DNA of 63,198 nt, the filler included, from Dugesia japonica (Eukaryota): NCBI GenBank assembly GCA_001938525.1. It is 6 parts of 6 records of this genome, joined end to end, with 100 filler letters (N's around TTAATTAATTAA, not from the genome) between each part and the next. Parts side by side here need not be neighbours in the genome. Positions count along the whole stretch, not along the records: positions 31,552 to 42,221 come from MQRL01576281.1; positions 42,322 to 54,067 come from MQRL01585622.1; 4 more parts are not named here. The stretch is one strand, 5' to 3'. The notes beneath the pieces are model-generated. The model saw only the letters and a list, made by a program, of their open reading frames with translations, did not search any database and was not told where the DNA came from. Shown in pieces: positions 37,204 to 49,640 of this stretch. How positions within the stretch are numbered: the stretch's first letter is position 1; each line of letters begins with the position of its first letter. The position numbers and the translations under genes are program-made.

Positions 37204-39470
37204 ATGCAGAAATATTATAGTCTTATTTATTACAAGAAAAAAAATTTCATATGCCTTGCATGCACCTCACTGGGTTTAACTACATATAACAAATTTTATA
37301 GGATACATGCACATAACTTGACACAATGTACTGTTAGTAAAAAGCAATTATTATTGAAAATATTAGAGGAATATACGTGTAAGAAAATAAATTAGATTCA
37401 AAAGTGATTGCTGATGTGTCTAAATTAAATAAGGAACAAATAATTCTACCAGATAGTTTAATAGAAAATTTATTCCAAATAAATAAAGAAATGAAGAGTA
37501 TAAAAATACAATTTTGAATACATACAGAGTTTATCAAGGATGAAAAATTTAAAACATAGATTATCAAATAGAGCAGTCTCTTTAAGCAATAAGTATTTTG
37601 AAGAAGGTATCCCTTTATTGAATGAAAAGATTTTTATCAGGTCCGAGTTAGGAAGTATTTGAACACTATCTTGTATAATGAAATACGTTTTAAGATTAGC
37701 AATATAAGTAGACTTTCTGGAATCAGTTAACCTGCCATTGTAAACATTAAAAACAACGATAATCAATTATTCCTGCATAGTATTTTCTTATTCTTAAATG
37801 AGATTTAGTTGGTATGGATCAACACTATCGGACTGCAAAATATGAAGAGATTATGCCAGAACTTGTATTTAGTGATAAAGATATGTCAATGAAACTAAAG
37901 AATATCTCAAATTTCGAAAAGAATATCTCGGGATATTGCATCGTGGAACTTACAAGCATTTAAAGACGATGATGTTGTAATGAAACACTTCAATCTTGAC
38001 ATAATTTATAGATCTAAAATAATCGACGGAAGAAAAATAAATATACAACTATTTGAAAATGGACAAAAGCTTCATTGCATTGATGAAGTTAATTTAAATA
38101 GGCTTATAAACAGAGACATTAAGAAGATGGATTCTAATAAGGAATTTAAAGACTACTCAAAAGTAATAAGTCATCCATTCGGCATATACGCTGATCCTGA
38201 ATCAGTATTATCACCAGATGATGATTTATATCAAAAGCAAATAATTATTACAGCCGGATCTTTGTTAGCTGACAACTGCACTTATGAAACAAAATGGAAG
38301 TAGTTTATCGGAAGCAACTGTAATTTCAAATTTTTTAAAGAGATTGAAGAAATCAGTAATTCTAAGAAATCCGTGTATCCATATAAAAAAAAGTAAAAAG
38401 AAGAAGAATGTAACTCTGGAAAATTTCATTTCCTGCTACCCAAACCTATCATTTATTAGTAAATTCTATTGAAGACATATTGAAACACTCTTAAAATTGA
38501 CATTATGATTTCTAACAAACTCCAAACTTTTCGCAGTGACTTGCCCATCGCAGCGAACATCAATGTGCTCCGGGAAGCAAAGTTATTATTTTGACTCATT
38601 ATCTAAATATAAACTATTTAGTTCACTGGAGACTGCTGTAAATTTACTTGTAATTAGATGTGCAAGTTACAAAGATACACAGGACAGTCAGATTTTCACA
38701 ATACAATATTTTCAAGAACTACATCGACGAAAGTAAAAAAATAAGAGCCAAAAGCATGAATGAATTAAACAAAATTTACTATAAGCTTATACTCAAATTA
38801 GTTGAAAATCTGAAGAAAAGAATAAACTTGAGAATAAGCAATTCGGCCAAGAAGTTTGTGACCTAAACCTCAAAATAATGGTTTAGGAAAACCATTAAGA
38901 CCAATAAGGATTTAATAACATTCCAGCTAAATAAAGAAGAACATAGGACAAATAGTTCTTAATTTAATTAAATTTCGAATGTACCTGCTTCAATACATCG
39001 AGCTAAAGAAGTAAAAGAAACAAGAAATTTGAGAGATACAAATGGTACCTGGAAACACAGATGGCTTTTCCTCAAAGTTAGAAACATTAAAGTGAAAATG
39101 TTTTTTGTCACTAATGGTAAAAGACCGACTATTAGATACTTCAAATTACTCACGAGACCAAACTATTTACAGAATGGATCTAGATTTGGTTGTAAAAAGG
39201 TTTAAGGACGAAAATAAGAGAACAAAATACAAAAAATGGGTTTTCCTAATATCGAAATGTTATAGTCTCCTTAGCAAATCAAACAAAATTAAAGGCTAAG
39301 GCTACAAAAACCTTTCTCCAGTCTTCGTGAAACAATTTAGAATACGAACTAAAAATCACTAGTAGTACAGTTTCTTAGGACTCAAAGTCGCAATAACCAA
39401 CAATGACGACAAAGGAATGTCAACTGACAAAGACATAAGCGTACCATACGGTCATAATTCTATCTCGTAA
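37204..39470 (+). pseudogene. polB: Second protein-primed DNA polymerase B, heavily decayed, with an internal deletion of ~0.9 kb relative to copy 1
   Basis: FKDYSK..PFGIYADPES, DLPIAA, VHWRL, VENLKKRINLR, LLDTSNY, FKDENK..WVFLISKCYSL, NNDDK, VPYGH align with 13072-15535. Confidence 0.9.
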
Positions 39471-40073
39471 TAAATAAGACTAGAATGATAAAAACATATG
39501 TAAAAGTAATATAATTTGTTATTTGAAATTTTTAATCTTTTATTATTGAGATCTAATTTGCAACGAATATTCAGATTGAAAGGACTGCTAGTGTATAATG
39601 AAATGGCTGTACATATGGCTTGTATATGATTATTATTATTAATATTGTACGAGTACGCAAATGTTAACATTACCCTGGGAATATTTGCCTAACTACTTAA
39701 AAATTTGAAAATTTTAGTTAATTTAAACAAGAAATCATAAAATCAGCTAATTTAAACAAAATTAATAAACAGTACGTTATTATAAAAAGATTAGGTCAAC
39801 CACCCACGCACAAAACTGTAAAATCTAAAAAATCCGTAAATTGGCCGGTAAAAAAAATTTTCTCCGGTGTGGAGAAGTGTTATGATGCGCTACTATCTAT
39901 CTACTTTTGATATTTGGGTTTAAAATATTAAGTTTTAAAAGCATACCTGCAATTTTTGCAATTCAACTTTAATTATCTTTACATCTTAATTGTTTAAAAG
40001 AAAATTTTACGAAAAAAAATTCTTTTTTTACAAATTCAAATTAGATTCGCAGATCAAAATTAAAATATTGAAC

Positions 40074-40725
40074 ATTTTCGAACAAAGTATAATGAAAATA
40101 ATTTTGATTTTAAGGTAAATGTTCTGAAATCATAAACAATTTACTAATTTTCTTGTGTTTTACTAAACCAGTGTTTTATCAATACTTAAATGAAAATAGT
40201 TTTACAATTGTACAAAGATATTTCTTACTCATCAAGATAATTATTATTAAAACGTTTAGTGTAGTTTACTGAAATAAATTAGTGTCTTTTGATTCGGTAA
40301 TTTTGCTGAAATACTAATTTACATGAATTAGTAATATCAGATTTAACATACCGAATGAAAAGATATTATTTTTTAATAATTATATAGAATATCCGAGAAA
40401 TATTGTACTTAAACATCTTGAAATAAGGAAAGAAATACATTTGAATATGTAATCACGAAAATCGGCTTATATCATTAGTGGCTGATTAGTATGTACTCGA
40501 TCGAATTTCATGATAGGATAATTATGAATGAGTAATAAAATATATTCAGTTGAAATTCTGTATCATTTTAACTAATGTCGTTTATTTATAGCAAATATTT
40601 GATGCGCTTTATACATATGGCTGGTATTTGTCAATAAAACACGAGGAAATTAGTAAATTGTTTNNNNNNNNNNNNNNNNNNNNNNNNNNNNNNNNNNNNN
40701 NNNNNNTTATACTTTGTTCGAAAAT
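40074..40725. mobile_element. Possible MITE with 19-bp inverted ends
   Basis: attttcgaacaaagtataa (40074) and ttatactttgttcgaaaat (40707); the right copy abuts a gap. Confidence 0.35.
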
Positions 40726-41905
40726 TAAAAATTAAATGTCATTCTATTTGAGAATATTTATATCAAAATAACTCACTTTGAAATGAGTAAACCATTTTCG
40801 TACTGTATTTTTCCCATCGCATTCTTCCAATAAACATCACAAATTGTTCTAATGGGTTCTTACGCAATAGCTTCTCTGTTATTATTAGGGTGAAACAGCC
40901 ATGAAGAAACTAGAAAAATTTCTGGGACCCCAAATAAACAGGTTATAAACTTAATTAAGGAACATTAAAAATAAATCCCGTTTAATTAAGAATTAAGCGA
41001 AATTAAATAAAAATAGTTAAATGAAATGAGAAAAATAAAACCAGAAGAAGAAATAATAAGATCCAAAAAAGATAGAACAAAATGACCATTATTTATAAAT
41101 TAATTTAAAGAAGAAATAAAATTTTAAAATATAATCATAATTAATTATGAAAAACAAAGAATAAATAGTGAAAAAACAATAATAAGTCAATAAATTTGTC
41201 CAGAAAGAGATGGGATAAAAGAATCTGGAGGATTTTAGCGGTCAGAAATTTGATTTCGCTATTTTCAAGAGTTAAAAACCTTCTGAAGGATGAGGAAAAT
41301 ATGGTTAAAGATCAACTAATGAGAGACCAGAAAAAAATCAAGAACAAAGACAGAAAAGCATCTGACTGCTAGAAATAGCAGCCAATAAAGAACAAAGAAA
41401 GTTGGTAAGCTAAAAATAACCACTAAGTAGTTATGAGTAAGAAGCAAGAAAAAAGGAAGAACCAAAAAAATTGTGGGGGCGAAAAAATTCAGAGTTACAT
41501 AAACCGCCTGAGATTTAGCGAAAAAGAGACATTATTTCTAAGTTTGGTTTAGAGTAAAGAAGAAAATTTTTGGTTAACCAGATAAAAGACTTCTGACATT
41601 TGTTTGACTGAAGTATTTTTGAAGAAGAGACCTTGTGCTTACGCTATAAATTACTAATGGTATTCTATACCTGTTGTAGAATTATTAAATCTTCAATTAG
41701 ATTGACTTTTATTTGAAATCATATGTATAAAGTATATATGTATATGTATGTACTAAAACGTACTCTGTATGATATTTTCTTGCCATAATATTTCAGTTAT
41801 ATTAATCTGTAATGTCGATATATTAGTGAAAAGATGGGCTGTAATCCACCAATAATAGTTAAACCATTTTTCTTCGTTAACAAATATTTGGGCGCACCTT
41901 TTCGA

Positions 41906-42148
41906 TTATACAACTGAAAAACTGAGATTATGGATTCTAGAAAAGATTCTAGCCCGCAACCTAATGACTTCCTCAACCAGACGGTATTCACTCTCGTGAG
42001 ATTGTTTTAGTAGCTTAGTAAAAATTTCGAGCTGCGTCTTACAGAAGTGTCCTTGTTCGTTTGAGTGCTCGCCATCTTTGCAAAACTCCTTACAGTGCTT
42101 TTTGTAATAACGCATTTTAGCTTGAGCTGTTGTGACTGTAGTTTCCAT
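41906..42148 (-). CDS. Small orphan Cys/His-containing helical protein
   Basis: 80-aa ATG ORF, GC above background; resembles the frameshifted relic at ~30640-30800. Confidence 0.4.
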   Translation of the reverse strand: METTVTTAQAKMRYYKKHCKEFCKDGEHSNEQGHFCKTQLEIFTKLLKQSHESEYRLVEEVIRLRARIFSRIHNLSFSVV

Positions 42149-42153
42149 TTGTC

Positions 42154-42221
<68 letters not shown>

Positions 42222-43889
42222 NNNNNNNNNNNNNNNNNNNNNNNNNNNNNNNNNNNNNNNNNNNNTTAATTAATTAANNNNNNNNNNNNNNNNNNNNNNN
42301 NNNNNNNNNNNNNNNNNNNNNAAATAGCAACAGGACGTTGTTAGTTTGTAACACTGAAATCACCACTTTTGAAGTACCTGAAACGAAATGCGCACACATC
42401 ATACGACACTTCATCATTTCCGAAAATGGAACAAATGGATTCATATACTCTTGCTGCATTTTATATGTGATGAAATTCATATANNNNNNNNNNNNNNNNN
42501 NNNNNNNNNNNNNNNNNNNNNNNNNNNNNNNNNNNNNNNNNNNNNNNNNNNNNNNNNNNNNNNNNNNNNNNNNNNNNNNNNNNNNNNNNNNNNNNNNNNN
42601 NNNNNNNNNNNNNNNNNNNNNNNNNNNNNNNNNNNNNNNNNNNNNNNNNNNNNNNNNNNNNNNNNNNNNNNNNNNNNNNNNNNNNNNNNNNNNNNNNNNN
42701 NNNNNNNNNNNNNNNCCTTTAAAGATATTACAATGCATTTATTTTGTAAGTATAAATATAAATTCTTTAGTTAATTTGAATTTGACTCTAATTTTCTATT
42801 TAGTTTCTACGGCAAAGAATTTGTCGTTAGAAAATATTCTTATCATATTGAGATAAGAAAGACTTTTCAACGTCTCTCTTTGAATTTTTAAGAATAAATA
42901 TTTTATTTTTGAATATATTTCTATAAATATGCGTATATTCTCNATGGGTTTATTAGAAATAAATNGTAAATTCTACATTCCTTCNTAATTAAAACAAAAA
43001 CGTCTTTATTTATAATATTTCAAACAAATTTACTAACGCAAGAAAAACTAAAAAAAATTCAGCAAATTCAACTAATCAGTGTCAATAATTTCAACTTTAT
43101 ACATGTATAAACTTTAAATTTACCCAGGAGAAAATAAATATTTCACTTGAGTTTTAATTGACTTTAGAAAAACAAAGAACTTATTACTTAATTTTGATTG
43201 GTTAAAAAGATTTTTGTAAAGTTTTCATAGTAAATTAAATTAGAAAATAGTAGTACTTCTTCTGTAAAAAAATATTTTTCAACAAAATTTTCAAGGTAGA
43301 ATGCTTTTATGTGTATTTTGGACGTATTTTACTTTGCAAGTGGAAATTATTGGGATGTTTTAAAGCTATTTTAACTATTTTTCTGAAATTTTGGAATAAT
43401 TCATTTTAATTGTATAGTTTAACCTTGTTGTTCAGAATTGGTATTATTTTATTGATGAGCTAAGCTACTAAAAAACTTAAGAATGGCATATGAAACTTAG
43501 ATGTATTAAAATACATAACTATTAGTCAGTATACTTTTATAGATCTATAAATATGACTTGCTTAACTATATAACTGATCGATATTAGTTTAAATTTTAAT
43601 CTATACATGAGAATCCTTACGCAAAGATGGGATTTTCTACAGTCAAGTCATGTGAATTAAGGATAGTGATCATTGAGTTAGATTTGATGAAGATTATATG
43701 AAGATTTATTTCTGATAGAACAATTTGTCATATTCTAAATAGACTATACTGCTTGTATATTCAAACTTGTTATATTTAATAAATTATCTATCTATCTATC
43801 TATCTATCTATATATATATATCTATATATATATGTATATATTTAAAAGAATGATATTAAATTTAAATTAATTTTTAAAAAAACATCTTG

Positions 43890-44532
43890 TTATTTAAGTA
43901 ACAAATCTTTTACACAATCTACAGCGCAAAAGATATTGGAGAAAGTTGCTGAACAATCTCAAAGCACTGCTGTAAAAACATTTACCCAAAAAGATCATGT
44001 TGTATATTGGTTGCCTTGCTGAGACTGCAATGGAATCGTATAGTACGAATTGATTTCCCAAAATGAAATAATCAAACCCAGTAAATACTTCAGCTGGTAT
44101 GATCATTTGAAAGCAGCAATCAATGAAAGCGATCTGAATTGAGCAATATATATGGTGTATTGTTATAACAAGATAATACGAGACATCATGTATCTTTACA
44201 GAACCGAGAAAAGTTGTTTCAATATGGCAGGAATATTTTACCTCACTCAACATACTCACCAGATTTGCAACATCTAATTGTTATTTATTCAAGTCTTTAC
44301 AGGATTATTNTAATGGAAAACATTTCATTTTTAAGATGCTTTCTTAAAGCACCTGCTTAAAGGAGTTTTCACTAAAAAACACTCAAATTCTGTAAGAATG
44401 AGTTTTTTTAAATTATCTGACAGATGGTGAAATATGGTTGGTGGACATATTGTTGAATGAAATGTTTTATGATCGTAAAGAATTGATTGAATGTTTCTTA
44501 AAATTAAGAAAACACTTTTTTCTAACCCAATA
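43890..44532 (+). mobile_element. mariner transposon remnant (C-terminal transposase plus right TIR)
   Basis: Frameshifted QRKRYW, KKIML, GIV.YELI, QDNTRHH (HDNARPH), PHSTYSPDL, YLFKSLQ, KLSDRW; ends ctttttctaacccaa-TA. Confidence 0.88.
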
Positions 44533-45581
44533 CAATAACCGATGGTTTGTCACCGTAACAAATACATTGAAGGAATTCATGATAACAAAAATTTAAGAAC
44601 TACCGGTATATAGGATGTAACCACTTTATTGAATGTGTTTGTTTTTGATTAAAATCTTATAGCGTAAGATTGATGAGAGACAACTAGTCAAATTTTATGG
44701 GGTTTTCTGGTGACAGTGATTCTCAGGATAATGACTAATTTATTAGATTTTTATTGCATAGAATGCAGTATAGACTTCTATTTACTTCCGTAATAAACTC
44801 TTTCGGATATTGTCTGACGTGTTTTGTTTGGTTTCTGGTGATTGGGTTTAAAGTAGATGTCAGATGGGTAAAATTTAAACAAAACAAATAAAATTATCAA
44901 AAATACACTTATTTTAAAAAGTTACAAAACCTAGGAAGATAAGTAAACACTGTGCCATCCCCTCCTTCCCCTCTACCTGGTCGAGAAATTTGAAGTGGCT
45001 AAGTAATTTTGAGTATGCATTATCGTGGATTTTGGATTTTAAATTTTTATCGGATTAAAATATTTATTTTGTTTTTTTCTTTTAATTAATGAGAGAAGTT
45101 TCCTTGAATTTTAAATTTTGTTTTCAATCTCTTTGAATTTTTTAATAAAAAATTTAAAATTTTTTGCGGTATTGATGAAGAATGGTATTGCGCATGTATA
45201 TGTGTATGTTATCATATTGTTTTGGTGTGTGTATGTCTTGTGTGTGTGTAAAGATATTGTAAAAATTAGAATTTAAAATGTTGTAAAAAGTTCCATTTTT
45301 GCTTAAAAGTTTCAAATGTTACCAAAAGTTACAATAAGTGGCATTGGGTTGCCCTAATAATAAGTCTAATCAAAATTGACAATATTGGGAGCAAATAACC
45401 ATATCAAACCGTTACGTTGGTTTTATAAGTTGTTGTGTTAGAATTTTATAAAGTTTTTAATAATCTAAAATTTATTTAATAACATTAAGGATGATTTCTG
45501 ATTGGATAATTTTGAAATTATACAAATCCAAACATGAACTAAATTTAGCTAAATTACATAAATCAAATCATAGTTAATTTA

Positions 45582-46379
45582 TTACTGAAAAGGCGGGCAG
45601 TAACATAGAACTTTGAAATTTCTCGTATCTTTATTGATGAGTACATAAACATTTCCTTCAACATTAGTTGATAAAAATTCTTTAGAATCGGTCATTGGGC
45701 TGCCAATTGCAAGATCAAATTTATATTTGTTCTTAATTGTCGTGAATTCTTTGTTACTGGTCCGTTTAGCACCAAACATAAACATTTGGTTTTTGAAAAC
45801 TAAAATTATATTTTTAAATATGATTTTTAAAAAGAAATCTTTGAATAAATTACTAGATTTACAAGATTGAAGTTCCATTTTCAACAAGGGTAAATTTCTA
45901 AATTCTGCAACAACTCCTTTATTTTTAATACATCCATCCATTGCTAGTTCAAACGAATTTATATTTTGTAATAAAAAGTATGAATCGCATTTATTTATTA
46001 TTTCTTCATTAACTGTTTGTTTACAAATAGGATTAGGCTTTTCAGGATCAACTGGTTGATATGTTGACCTTGAAAATACCTGGGTATTATCAACAAGAGA
46101 ATAAATACCTTCACTGCTAATGGGATAATAAAAATCATTATCAGCAATATATGATAAAGTGCATGATTCGTCTTGTACTATATAACTAACTTCACAACAT
46201 CCTGTAGAGTGGCACTCTATAATACATTTCAGAAATCCTTTAGTTTTTTTTATTATAGACTCAGCACTACAATCTCTTTCAAAATCATTGAGATGCCAAA
46301 TATTTTGTAAATGTACATTATTAAAACATAATAAAAACAAATTCGTTACGATAAGTAATTTATATTTATCAATAAACAT
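45582..46379 (-). CDS. Secreted PAN/apple + C-type-lectin-like protein; probable 54-nt in-frame intron 45800-45853
   Basis: Hydrophobic N-terminus; CIIECHSTGCCEVSY...CTL (PAN); SYFLL..SFELAMDGC..GVVAE..MFGA..KVLC (CTL-like); GT..AG AT-rich segment. Confidence 0.7.
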   Translation of the reverse strand: MFIDKYKLLIVTNLFLLCFNNVHLQNIWHLNDFERDCSAESIIKKTKGFLKCIIECHSTGCCEVSYIVQDESCTLSYIADNDFYYPISSEGIYSLVDNTQVFSRSTYQPVDPEKPNPICKQTVNEEIINKCDSYFLLQNINSFELAMDGCIKNKGVVAEFRNLPLLKMELQSCKSSNLFKDFFLKIIFKNIILVFKNQMFMFGAKRTSNKEFTTIKNKYKFDLAIGSPMTDSKEFLSTNVEGNVYVLINKDTRNFKVLCYCPPFQ

Positions 46380-46869
46380 TTCTAGAGAATCAGACAAATG
46401 TCTGAAAATTTTTGAAAAAGATTTTATTTGTAGAATTTTTACGAAGAAAAATCGATTTTTTTTTAAAAATAAATATCGTTTAATTGGTTGATCAAATTTG
46501 TTTATATAGATGGAAAATTGTGAAAAGTAAATTAAAAAAAGTTTTTAATAAATGCTAAATAAATGATTATTTTTTTAAAATTTTATTTCAACGACTTTAT
46601 GTATTATTAAAAGAGTTTCTAACACAAATTGCCTTGTGGCTTTTTTTTGATAAAATTATATCGAATTTTAGATTGAAACAAATTTTATAAAATTTTCAAA
46701 AATTAATTATTGAATTTGTATTTTTTTTTATTTTTTAAACTCAACTGAAGTATCCAATCAATCTCTTTAATAACTAATCATTGTTATCATATTACTAGTT
46801 TCTTCTGAGAAGCCAGTAATTTTTGAATTTGGTTTTAATTTTCAATCTGAAAATGAGAATAATTAGAAT

Positions 46870-49640
46870 AAATCTAAATTTATTTTTCTAAAGTTTGTAG
46901 CTAGTAAATATAGCAGACCACTAAAAGCTGTCAAACAAAACAAAAAAAGAAATGGAGGGAAAGTTTGTAAACGCTAATTGAAATCTTCCAAATCAGACCA
47001 TCTGGCTCTACTGCCATTGAATCTCTTCAAGAGTGCCAGCCTGTCCGTTGTGGAAACTTCAATTTTTACTCGACCAGGCTATGCATTTCCTTGTCGAGAC
47101 AAGAGCAAATTTTCTTATCACATTAGCGCGTAACCCAACCTGTTTTAGCACTGGTTCATGTTTAACACGCCAGGATTCCAGACACCCTACTGAGATCGTC
47201 TCAAGGAGAACTTTTCAATTTTGAAGGTTTTTCTGAATGTCCTCCTTCAGTGGTGTGTATTTATTAATTTTCAAGTTTCTCGCCAATTTTAGATTACTTG
47301 ATGTGTCGTAAGGGGTTTTCACATCCAGTAGGAAAATATGCTTCTTCCTAACATTAATAAGCTGTAAATCAACGCGATCAGTCCTATTAACAAAGTCACA
47401 GGTCCAATCGAGTATGACATTGAAGCTTGTATTAGCTCCAACAACCCTTGCAAGCAACTCAAGGACATCATTGTGGCTAATTTCAGTCCAAGTTTTTGTC
47501 GGACCGGTTACAAACTGGGATTTTTGCCCCCTTTTAAAATCCGGAGATGATAATTTCGACTACTATTGTGAAAGTAATCGGCTGAAACGTCATTATTAAT
47601 AAGCTCAAAGATCGCTTTTTGAGAGTGGTAAAACTTATTCCTGAGGTTGAGATCAATAAATATTTACCTCGACATTCTAAGTTTTATTTCCCCGCCAATT
47701 CTAAAGTTCAAATGTTTTGGTTTCATGTTTCTGATATAGTAGATGTAGCTATAGAGCATGTCCTTCCCTGTAATAATAATCTGAGTAATGCAGGAGTCAA
47801 TGTGAACAAGGCTGCCACTGTTTAGATGGGTATCCATAAAAGCATTGATTTGTTCATCACTGAACCAACTGCTATCAATAATCTCGGAAGAAGGATTATC
47901 CACAGTTGTGGGGAGTGAGGCAATTGTGGGAGCAACTGTGGGCCATAAACGTCATTTCTCATGAGATATGTGTTTTTCCTGGCTCTTGATTGCATCAGAA
48001 AAGGTTACACTATTTGCAATTTTGGCAGCATTGTAAATAGTAACGATTGAAGAAGCAGTATTTCCAATCTGCATTGTGGTTGCCTTACTATTTTAACTAC
48101 GCATGAAGATTGATTTAGGCGTAGATTTTATCCGTTTGTTATTATTGCTTTTTGATTTGGGATATTTTAAAAACTAAGCATAAGCAACAGCACTTTTTGA
48201 CGCACGAGGACTTTCAGAAATAGTCAGTTGACTAGAGATATGCATAGTATTAGTGGTGTCAGAACTTGAAGTTGGTAGCACTTTTGCTGGTGAGTTGGGA
48301 GCCGATTTATTAGCAAATATAAAAGAATCAAATACATTTCACTCCAAATCAGAGCTCTGAGCAATATTTTCAGTTTCAAGGGACGCCCATCCATCAAAAT
48401 AGCAGAGGTGTAAAGTAATGGGCGATTGAGAAATGTCCACAAAAATTTCATCCTTATCTGCAATATGTGGAGAAGGTATGTCCTGATTATGATCAGCAAT
48501 AGTGTCAGGGACAGGGAGTTCTTCAACAGCTATAACTAATTTATTGTTTCTGCGCTTAATTGTCTTTCTTTTTTGCTTAAATTTGGTTATCAGTCCAGGT
48601 TTATGATAATAGATAGTATTAATTTGAATATTCTTTGATAAAACATTAATTTTAAATACAGAGTCATTGAATTCATAACCATTGTTAGCGGTTGTGACAC
48701 CAGCAGTGTTGCATTGAGATGTATTAGTAAAATTATTATTATCTAAGATTTGCAAGTGTTTGTTATTGCTATTATATAAGTTTAGATAATAATTAGAATT
48801 AATTATTTTAGAATTTTTAGAATAAATGACAGCAGATTTATCATGAAAAGATTCTACATTAGAAAATTTATTGCTATTATAGTCATTTCTAGTAGATTTG
48901 CTATAATTTACTGAGTTCATATATTCATTGTTTAAAAATGAGCTAGAGGAGTTTGAATTTAAAACCGGGAAAGTATCCAGTACGAATCACTGGTAATTAA
49001 CTTGCTACTCCAACATGTGCATGATATATCTCATAAAATTTTTTTTATGACTATCTTTTCTCCAACTAAATTTCAGTCTATTTCATGCTAGTTTATTGCT
49101 TTGAACATTCCTCTCTAGGCAGCCGGTAGTCTATTGTTTCAGCTCCAGTTGGGCGACAATTTCGATCCTCAATTCACAACAATACTTTAATATCTCAATG
49201 ATTGAGTCAGTTGACAGTCTATTTCGATTCAGCTCCAACTGCTCGCTAATGTGAAGGTTCTCAGTCAGAATCCCATGATTCAGCTGATGTGTAACTACGA
49301 CGCTACCCGCGATCGCATTACCAAATAAATTTCTTAAAGCCCACAACACTACTGATGCCACACTTGGGGTTAACTATTGTACCATCTTGTCAACAGTGAG
49401 TCCTCTGATCGCAAGATACCACGGACAATTTGCGGCCTTATCCTACCGGGATTTTTCACCCTAAAATCTAAAACTCTGTAGAGCTATTGGTAGTTAGCTG
49501 TAGGGAGTGAGTGTCAAGGCGCACTCACGCCAACCAAACGCCATAAGTGGTCAGCTTAAAAAATGCGATGCTCATTGCCGGCTCCCTCGTTTATTCCCCA
49601 TAGAATTCGTGAGTTTATCTAGCCTTGACTAAACTCCATT
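46870..49640 (-). mobile_element. Internally deleted RLE-type non-LTR retrotransposon (NeSL-like): N-terminal region, Ulp1-like protease remnant and restriction-like endonuclease; RT absent
   Basis: SHNDVL..RVDLQL..IFLLDVKTPYD..ARNLKINKY..ISVGCLESW (RLE); WFSDEQINAFM (Ulp1-like start) only ~400 bp upstream. Confidence 0.78.
49502..49636 (-). ncRNA. Candidate pseudoknotted 5' leader RNA of the RLE element
   Basis: Four stems, three abutting with zero-nt junctions, plus 8-bp loop-loop complementarity GUCAAGGC/GCCUUGAC. Confidence 0.5.

Larger units (their letters stand above)
34582..39905 (+). mobile_element. Compact 5.3-kb polB-carrying element (E2) with AGTAG termini; no integrase, ATPase or capsid visible
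   Basis: Left end AGTAGGTAGATTGG; right end TGCGCTACTATCTATCTACT closely resembles the E1 right end; contains the shared exon relic and a polB pseudogene; no TSD. Confidence 0.6.

Noticed and set aside
43894-44259. 121-aa minus-strand ORF
   Set aside because: Antisense shadow of the plus-strand mariner transposase relic.
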